This document shows positions 1 through 5,814 of a DNA stretch of 7,573 nucleotides, in pieces. A program made the translations under genes and the position numbers. The notes beneath the pieces were generated by a model. It made no database searches, was not told the DNA's origin, and worked only from the letters and a program-made list of their open reading frames with translations. The stretch's first letter is position 1; the number at the start of each line of letters is the position of its first letter. The DNA comes from an uncultured archaeon (lineage in GTDB: Archaea; Asgardarchaeota; Lokiarchaeia; Sigyniarchaeales; Promethearchaeaceae), in the NCBI GenBank assembly GCA_964426185.1, contig CAYRPF010000109.1:1-7573 (forward strand). Direction: 5' to 3'.

Positions 1-43
1 CTTTGAAGCAGATATTTTTTAGGTTTTCTAATTTTCGATTCAT
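1..43 (-). CDS. 5' end of a gene running off the left edge (MNRKLENLKNICFK...), product unknown
   Basis: ATG at 43-41, open to the window edge (14 codons). It is preceded by SD-like GAAGTGA (56-50) and a TATA-like TTTAAATA (107-100) on the minus strand. The start context is nearly identical to that of the 5097 gene. Confidence 0.65.
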   Translation of the reverse strand, partial: MNRKLENLKNICFK

Positions 44-65
44 AATTTTTCACTTCTTTATCATG

Positions 66-136
66 AGTGTGTATTATAATTATATAATAGTGTGTATTAT
101 ATTTAAAGGTTTGTAATTTTATGTAAAAAAATTACA
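66..136 (-). promoter_or_regulatory. Promoter/operator region of the left-edge gene: 13-bp direct repeat, TATA-like box and 9-bp inverted repeat
   Basis: AGTGTGTATTATA at 66-78 and 89-101; minus-strand TTTAAATA at 107-100; TGTAATTTT(112-120)-N7-AAAATTACA(128-136). Confidence 0.5.
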
Positions 137-290
137 TATTGTTAAAGTAAGCTTTGGAACCCCAAAATTTTTCAAATTTAGCATTATATTACGATTAAAT
201 TATATTTCTTTGAAAAGTTCCAGCAAAACTAGGAATTTTGGCGCATAATAAGAAATCAATTGCATGAATTCGAAGATTTTTCGTTGTATA

Positions 291-342
291 CTTACACATT
301 ATTACAAAGATTTATAATTTTTTCATGATTTCTTACACATTA
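291..342 (+). repeat. 11-bp direct repeat CTTACACATTA upstream of the acyltransferase gene
   Basis: Exact copies at 291-301 and 332-342 flank a TTTATAA TATA-like element at 311-317. Confidence 0.5.
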
Positions 343-408
343 ATTTTGTAAAACTTTCAAATTACCCTCCATTGTCCGTGCAAAGAATGAATATTGAAAA
401 GGTGTGGA

Positions 409-1710
409 ATGATTTATCAATTAAGTAACATGTCGATATCTAATTCAAATTTAAATAATAATGAAGAACAAGAATTCAATAAAAATTCATTAGAGTTTGA
501 TCCTTCATCAATTCCCAAGATTGAATTAAATAAACAGGAGGTTTCCTTATTCCAAATTGATGCTTTAAAAGCCATTGCGATGGTATTGGTAATAATGGAT
601 CACAGTTTTACTCATCAGTTTCTCCATCAATATGGTGCACCTTTTTGGGAGAGAATCGCTATCCCGATATTTATGATCATCATGGGTTTTAATATAGGGC
701 TCTCTTTTCGCAAGCGGGGCGAGATGAGCCTTGAAGAGCTTTATTCTTGGCAATATTTTGAAGCTAAATTGCGTAGGTATATGATACCTTATTTATTGTT
801 GTATTTTATCCATGGAATCATTCGGTTAATCGTTTATACATTGAACATTCCTGTAAATAGTGTCTATTTTTACGATGAGCCAATTTACCGGTTTTTGGGA
901 TATACTTTCTTTTTTGGTCCAGGTCTATGGTTTATTCCAGTTATCTTTGGGTCAATATTGATTTTCCCTTTGATTTATTACTTTTACACCAAGTTTCCAA
1001 CATTAGCCGTAATAGTTACCTTTGAAATCGAATTACTTACACACGGATTAGCTTTTGCTCTCTTAGCACTCAATGGTTTCGTATTCAATTTCGTTTTATT
1101 ATTCTTTCTCTATAGTTTAAGCTCCATGCTCAGCGCTGTTGGTATAGGACTGTGGCTTTCTACGGATTATCGCTGGAATTCACTAAGAAATGTTTTTCTC
1201 TGGATAATTTTTCCAATCGGGATTTTATATATGGTCTTAGATTTTAAGAATATGCTTCCATTCAATTTTCCTTTCGGAGATTACCACATGTTTTATTTTA
1301 TGTATTCAGGGGGCTTATTTATGATAGCCATGCGATTATTTCCAAAAAATCCACAAGGAAAACTGGCAGATTTTATTCGATTGGTTAGTAAGGCTACATA
1401 TCATATTTTATTAGCACAAATCTTTTATTTTTCGATTATCTATCAATTTTTCTTGCATATGAATGATGGAATTCCAGTAACTCCAGATATTTTCGATGGA
1501 AACCCCATTAATTATCTGTGGTACTACCCGCTTAATCTCATTATTACATTTTCCATAGGAATTGTTTGGTATCGATCGGAGACTCACTTTCATCAAAAAA
1601 GGAAAAACAATGTAATATACCAGCAAATCTATCAAATTTTAATCAAATTATCTTTCATAGCGTTCATCTTGTGGCTGGTTGGAAAAGTATTATTCCTCTT
1701 TTTTGCATAA
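409..1710 (+). CDS. Acyltransferase family 3 (AT3, OafA/YrhL-like) integral membrane O-acyltransferase without an SGNH domain
   Basis: QIDALKAIAMVLVIMDH fits the D-x-L-R/K and R/K-x10-H motif of the first helix. AIPIFMIIMGF, KLRRYMIPY, GLWFI and SKATYHILL match the usual AT3 blocks, and there are about 10-11 hydrophobic segments. The start is uncertain: TTG 394, ATG 409 or ATG 430. Confidence 0.88.
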   Translation: MIYQLSNMSISNSNLNNNEEQEFNKNSLEFDPSSIPKIELNKQEVSLFQIDALKAIAMVLVIMDHSFTHQFLHQYGAPFWERIAIPIFMIIMGFNIGLSFRKRGEMSLEELYSWQYFEAKLRRYMIPYLLLYFIHGIIRLIVYTLNIPVNSVYFYDEPIYRFLGYTFFFGPGLWFIPVIFGSILIFPLIYYFYTKFPTLAVIVTFEIELLTHGLAFALLALNGFVFNFVLLFFLYSLSSMLSAVGIGLWLSTDYRWNSLRNVFLWIIFPIGILYMVLDFKNMLPFNFPFGDYHMFYFMYSGGLFMIAMRLFPKNPQGKLADFIRLVSKATYHILLAQIFYFSIIYQFFLHMNDGIPVTPDIFDGNPINYLWYYPLNLIITFSIGIVWYRSETHFHQKRKNNVIYQQIYQILIKLSFIAFILWLVGKVLFLFFA

Positions 1711-1795
1711 TTTTTTCTTTTCAAATTTAAGAACAATTAGGAAAAATAGGAAAATAAAGGAGAAAAAATGGCAAAAAGATGAAAGTAGGGGTTTA
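1711..1795. terminator. Convergent intergenic region with oligo-T tracts on both strands (archaeal-type intrinsic terminators)
   Basis: TTTTTTCTTTT at 1711-1721 on +. The purine/A-rich 1741-1785 reads as U-rich tracts on - after the 1796 stop. Confidence 0.5.
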
Positions 1796-2143
1796 TTATA
1801 TTAAAAGGAGTATGCCTCCAAATAATACCAAAACTCCACCAATTAGATTACCGAAAATAATCCCAAGAATGCCCAAAACTAACATTATCACACCATTGAA
1901 TCCTACTTTAGTTTTAGAAGATTTAATCACACCTGTTGAAATTAAAACCAAGATTCCAACAACAATTGCAATTATGGCGTTGATTAAAACACCCAAACTT
2001 CCCAGAAAACCGCCTTCTCCTGGAATTCCCAGTGAGAAATTGAAGATTCCCAAGTGTTCTATTAATGCAAAAACACCTTGTATAGTAATTACAAGGCCTC
2101 CAATGATGGCTAAAACTTTAGCTAATCCAGTATTTTTCGCCAT
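1796..2143 (-). CDS. Small Gly-rich hypothetical membrane protein, 115 aa, about 4 TM segments
   Basis: ATG start; hydrophobic G/I/L/V-rich segments with a Lys-rich loop (KSSKTK); C-terminal GGVLVLFGGILLLI. The Pro/Lys/Thr-rich ORF on the opposite strand is its shadow. Confidence 0.85.
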   Translation of the reverse strand: MAKNTGLAKVLAIIGGLVITIQGVFALIEHLGIFNFSLGIPGEGGFLGSLGVLINAIIAIVVGILVLISTGVIKSSKTKVGFNGVIMLVLGILGIIFGNLIGGVLVLFGGILLLI

Positions 2144-2262
2144 GAATATGATTCATCAAAAGAATTTTTAATCTTATCACTTAAAATCGATAAAGGATAT
2201 TTCTCCGATGTCATCTATGAATTTCCCAACTACGTGAAAGGTTTATTTCCCGTTTTCTGATG

Positions 2263-2767
2263 TTATCCAGATATTCCCAATGAAAATTTAGGGAAAATCG
2301 GAGTAGCAGGGTGATTAGATAAATTAATGAGATTTTCTCGTTGATGAAAATTAAAACATGATATTTCTTTATCTATATTATTACTTTTATGTATAAATGA
2401 TTTTTGTCCGCTTGTTTCGAAATATATGAAATTATTATCATGTAAATCATATCCAGAATATTCTACGTTCAACTAAGAGAACATGGTAATAATTTGTTTG
2501 TTTAAATGAACAATATCATATCTCGTTTTTTTCCATAAACAGAGTAATGGATAGATACGATCTGCATCATCAATGCTCAAAAAACTTTAAGAACGACATG
2601 TATTATCAATTTCAAGAAATTCACTGAAATTATATTCAGATTTGGTATTAATGTAATTGAAATCGGTAGAATAGGCATTCATATAACTCAATTCCAATAT
2701 TATCCCCAATGTTCAAAAAATTCATCAGAAATATCAAAGAAAAGAAAAATATTATTCTTTTAAGCAA
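2263..2767 (-). pseudogene. Probable decayed gene, possibly for a secreted protein
   Basis: One minus frame runs 2712-2263 (about 149 codons) with only two internal stops (TAA 2589-2587, TAG 2475-2473). A neighbouring frame supplies a signal-like LLKRIIFFFSLIFLMNFL from TTG 2767. No family recognised. Confidence 0.35.
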
Positions 2768-2870
2768 ATTTGATGCAATGTGATTTGATTTCCACTGTTA
2801 TCACAACGATTTTTGGCATAATAGATAATCATTGCACTTTTAATAGAAAGTAGTAAATTTAGATAAAAAA

Positions 2871-4283
2871 TTACTCTCCATTAATAAGTTGTGCTGGATA
2901 ATACAGCGTTTTTCTGCCCTTTTTTTCACTAACGATAATTTCTGCATCTAAAAGCTTATCTATATGGTATTTCACGGTCTTATGGTCCAAATCCATCCGA
3001 TGTGCAATCTGTTTTTGGAATATACCAGGATGGTCGTGAATAATTTGCATAATTTCTAATGTAGTTCGGCTTTTTTGCACTGCAGGATCTAGTTTTGCAA
3101 CGGGATTTTTCTCATAGTATGGATAATACACCAAGTACTGTCCCATTCTTTGTTTTCGAACAACTTTGAATGTTTCCAAAATATCCAAATGCCACGCAAG
3201 ATTTCCAGCAGATAATCCCGTTTTGCGCAAAATTTCGTTGAAATGAACTCCAGGTTCATACAAAACTATTTCTATAATTTTATTCCTATTCTCATTTTCT
3301 AATACATCCTCCATCGAAAGCCTGTGAGCACCTTTATCAATATGCAGTACGCGATTTAGGAGAAAGTGGCGATATTCTTGTGAACTCATCAAAATGCCAA
3401 ATAACAAAACTACTATGACAATCCCAATTAGGATAATCCAGAAAATTTTTAAATTCGTAGGAGAAAAGAGGGAACTTTCTTCCAATTTTACAAGGGTAAG
3501 CGTAAAAATATTGGGTATTTCAGATTGATCTGAGTCGAAAGTAAATGCAATTCCGTTCTCTATTGGCTCTGAATTGAGGGAAATCCATTCTTGATTTTCT
3601 GGAACATATATTGCCCATAGATATTTTGAGAAATCTTTTACTACACCAAAATCTGAGTAGTTAAGTAAGGTATATACTTCTAAAGAATCTAATTTCTCTG
3701 GTTCTACTGAAACAGTAAAATAAGTAACGAATTGAAAATTAGGATCTAAAGTTAAATAGTCATCGGTTGAAGAAGCACTAGGTTTTACAAGAAGCTTAGA
3801 TGTTTGGTAAAGGGATTGAGAGATAGATTGAGGAATAGATTTAAAAATATTTTCAATATTTGATGGAGAATAGGATTCATTAAGCGTATTTGTGCTTCCT
3901 TTTTCTTGATTTGATTTTTTTCGGAGAGTAGTTTTTATTGGATGTTCAAATTTACTAAGATAATCTATTTTAACGCTTGTATTGTCGGTATTGTTTATTT
4001 TCATACCAAAAAATCGGTTTATAACATTCTCATCGTAGGAAATCGAAAAATTTACTCCATGCTGAGCTTGTAGTTCAAAAGAAAGATTATTTCCAAATTG
4101 ATAGCGAGATGGTTTTTGTGAACCATGCTGTTGATTCCCATTAAAATTTCCAGGATTATCTGGAGGTCCTTGAGCAAAAATCTCTGTAAAAGAACTAAAA
4201 ATAGAGAGAAAAACAATAGTAAGAACAAGCAAGACATTCATTCTTTTTTTAAATTTTCGCCAAAGAGATTCCATGATACTCAA
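2871..4283 (-). CDS. Membrane-anchored transcriptional regulator: N-terminal signal/TM, ~240-aa ectodomain, one TM, tandem winged-HTH domains (COG3398-like)
   Basis: Basic then hydrophobic N-terminus ending IFA-QG; TM at aa 280-299. Two wHTH repeats: VLENENRNKIIEIVLYEPGVHFNEILRKTGLSAGNLAWHLDILE...YYP and TLEIMQIIHDHPGIFQKQIAHRMDLDHKTVKYHIDKLLDAEII...YYP. Six N-x-S/T sequons lie before the TM and none after. Start may be TTG 4283, ATG 4274 or ATG 4241. Confidence 0.9.
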   Translation of the reverse strand: MSIMESLWRKFKKRMNVLLVLTIVFLSIFSSFTEIFAQGPPDNPGNFNGNQQHGSQKPSRYQFGNNLSFELQAQHGVNFSISYDENVINRFFGMKINNTDNTSVKIDYLSKFEHPIKTTLRKKSNQEKGSTNTLNESYSPSNIENIFKSIPQSISQSLYQTSKLLVKPSASSTDDYLTLDPNFQFVTYFTVSVEPEKLDSLEVYTLLNYSDFGVVKDFSKYLWAIYVPENQEWISLNSEPIENGIAFTFDSDQSEIPNIFTLTLVKLEESSLFSPTNLKIFWIILIGIVIVVLLFGILMSSQEYRHFLLNRVLHIDKGAHRLSMEDVLENENRNKIIEIVLYEPGVHFNEILRKTGLSAGNLAWHLDILETFKVVRKQRMGQYLVYYPYYEKNPVAKLDPAVQKSRTTLEIMQIIHDHPGIFQKQIAHRMDLDHKTVKYHIDKLLDAEIIVSEKKGRKTLYYPAQLINGE

Positions 4284-4312
4284 TTAAATGATTTTAGTAT
4301 ATCTTATTCAGT

Positions 4313-4330
4313 AAGAAAAGAAAAAATAAA
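4313..4330 (-). terminator. Oligo-T tract downstream of the surface-protein gene (candidate terminator)
   Basis: Minus strand reads TTTATTTTTTCTTTTCTT, about 70 nt after the 4402 stop and about 30 nt before the regulator start. Confidence 0.35.
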
Positions 4331-4401
4331 TTTCGCTTATTTATTTCGGTTAAGGTAAAATTTTACACTTGATTTCATCGGCAAATTGATATTTTCATTA
4401 C

Positions 4402-5097
4402 TTAATTACGTTTTCTTCTCAAGACAAAAGAAATAAAACCAATTGCAATTACTGAAGGTACACCTATCCAGAGATATCCTGGAATAGAAATGTTATCAGA
4501 GGATTCTTCTCTGGTAAGAATAGTCCATGATGAGAAATGATCCGTCATTGCGACCAACATTCCGTTTTCATAATTACTCTCAACAGGAACCCATTCTTCT
4601 TCTGCTTCATCATAATATGCCCAAGTTGAATTCGATTCTTTCATTTTTAAAGCCAGACGAGCTTGCAAAGAAACCGATTCATTTAGACTTACATTGATCA
4701 TAAATTGTTCTTGATAACGATACTGCATGCGGTTTCTATTTTGCACTATACTACCATTGGTTAATCCAATATCACTATTTTCAGTTTGAATTGTCATTTC
4801 TGCTTGAATAGATTCGCTGATATTTAGTTCCATTTCAAATTCACGATCTGCTAAACCCGGATCATCGCAATTAATGCTTAAATTTAAGGTTTGATTAACA
4901 CGCATTTGCATTTGAAAGCGATTTTGGAAAGTGAATCGATTGGTTGAATTTCCCACTAAAGTTCCTTGGTGTTTGTTTCCACCAACATTTATTTCATTTG
5001 GTCCACCTTGTGCAGCTACATATTGTGCGGTTAAAGCGGAGATAATGAACACGCTAAAAATGGCCATAATTAATAATCCACGGGTGATTTTCTTCAT
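4402..5097 (-). CDS. Cell-surface glycoprotein with signal peptide, HFS-motif beta-rich domain and IPGY-TM-basic (Loki-CTERM/PGF-CTERM-like) sorting tail
   Basis: MKKITR plus a hydrophobic stretch and VAA-Q cleavage site; nine N-x-S/T sequons in about 175 aa; WAYYDEAEEEWVPVES...TDHFSSWTIL; IPGY (4485-4474) then a TM and RRKRN; SD-like GAAGTGA upstream. Confidence 0.88.
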   Translation of the reverse strand: MKKITRGLLIMAIFSVFIISALTAQYVAAQGGPNEINVGGNKHQGTLVGNSTNRFTFQNRFQMQMRVNQTLNLSINCDDPGLADREFEMELNISESIQAEMTIQTENSDIGLTNGSIVQNRNRMQYRYQEQFMINVSLNESVSLQARLALKMKESNSTWAYYDEAEEEWVPVESNYENGMLVAMTDHFSSWTILTREESSDNISIPGYLWIGVPSVIAIGFISFVLRRKRN

Positions 5098-5099
5098 AG

Positions 5100-5156
5100 T
5101 TTTTCACTTCGAAGCATTTAATGCTTAAATAAAAGATCTTTTGGTGAATATATAAA
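5100..5156 (-). promoter_or_regulatory. Promoter of the surface-protein gene: TATA box, two palindromes and an SD-like motif
   Basis: TTTATATA at 5156-5149; AAAAGATCTTTT at 5131-5142; AAGCATT-T-AATGCTT at 5112-5126; GAAGTGAAAAA at 5110-5100. Confidence 0.55.
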
Positions 5157-5227
5157 GAATCAGAGACGCTTCTCCCCATTTTTCTTACTAAAATCTATAG
5201 TTAGCCCTATATTTTATATTCACATTA

Positions 5228-5755
5228 ATGAGTAGATTACTGGATTTTTTAAAACGCAATAAGTATTTTTTATTGGCCCATCACCCAAAATGTGATAAAT
5301 TTCAAGATGATACAATACAAATTAAGAATACTCAGCTGTGTATCGGGTGTTTTGTCGCCATTCCCATGTTTTTCATCACTCTAACTGTAGGCGTATTTAG
5401 TCATCTTTTTCCAAATCTTTCGATAAAAACACTTCTAATTACAAGCGGAATTCTAACTTCGGGTTATTTAATTGGAAAAATACCGTTTAAAATCCATAAA
5501 ATCGTAAAAATTGTTTCAAAAGGAATGGTCGGAACAGGCGGGGCATTTTTAGTAGGAGTTTTATGGCATTTCCCTTTTTCGCCCTTCGGCCGTTTTCTTC
5601 TCGTATTTGTGATTTTAGAATTTGCTTTTTTGGGTCATGGAATACTTCGGGCAATTTCGATCTATAGAACTTGCAATAAATGTCCCTTTCATTTTGAATG
5701 GAAACGATGTCCTGGAATGAATGAGATAACTAGCCAATTAGATAAAGGATTTTAA
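5228..5755 (+). CDS. Hypothetical ~4-TM membrane protein with Cys/His clusters at both ends (loosely DUF2085-like; probably metal-binding)
   Basis: HHPKC-x15-CIGC before TM1 and CNKC-x8-CPG after the last TM; ATG start; 175 aa. Confidence 0.8.
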   Translation: MSRLLDFLKRNKYFLLAHHPKCDKFQDDTIQIKNTQLCIGCFVAIPMFFITLTVGVFSHLFPNLSIKTLLITSGILTSGYLIGKIPFKIHKIVKIVSKGMVGTGGAFLVGVLWHFPFSPFGRFLLVFVILEFAFLGHGILRAISIYRTCNKCPFHFEWKRCPGMNEITSQLDKGF

Positions 5756-5764
5756 CATTCATGA

Positions 5765-5804
5765 AAAATTAAAAGGAAATAGAAAAGAAAAAACAAGAAA
5801 AAAA
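5765..5804 (-). terminator. U-rich terminator tract for the 5815 gene
   Basis: The plus strand is almost pure A/G (AAAAGGAAATAGAAAAGAAAAAACAAGAAAAAAAG), giving repeated oligo-T runs on minus right after the stop. Confidence 0.55.
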
Positions 5805-5814
5805 GTATAATCTA

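Noticed and set aside
66-101. Mini-CRISPR or iteron interpretation of the 13-bp direct repeat
   Set aside because: Only two short copies with a 10-nt spacer, and no cas or rep gene is visible.
565-1635. Minus-strand ORFs 565-753 and 1411-1635
   Set aside because: Short, wholly inside the well-supported acyltransferase on the opposite strand, with no recognisable motifs.
1779-2171. 130-aa plus-strand ORF rich in Pro/Lys/Thr/Ile
   Set aside because: Antisense shadow of the Gly/Leu/Val-rich membrane gene 1796-2143; its composition is what the reverse complement of those codons gives.
2473-2589. Stop-codon readthrough or recoding (pyrrolysine, alternative code) to rescue the 2263-2712 frame
   Set aside because: The two stops differ (TAG and TAA), a frameshift is also needed, and TAA/TAG end the intact genes in this window normally.
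4289-4320. TTTTCTTACT and TACTAAAATC words shared between the regulator upstream region (minus) and 5179-5195 (plus)
   Set aside because: Low-complexity AT-rich words with different spacing in the two places; compatible with chance.
4052-4358. ORFs 4052-4237 (-) and 4125-4358 (+)
   Set aside because: Alternate-frame and antisense overlaps of the regulator's signal region, with no independent support.
4931-5128. 65-aa plus-strand ORF
   Set aside because: Antisense to the 5' part of the surface-protein gene, GTG start, no motif.
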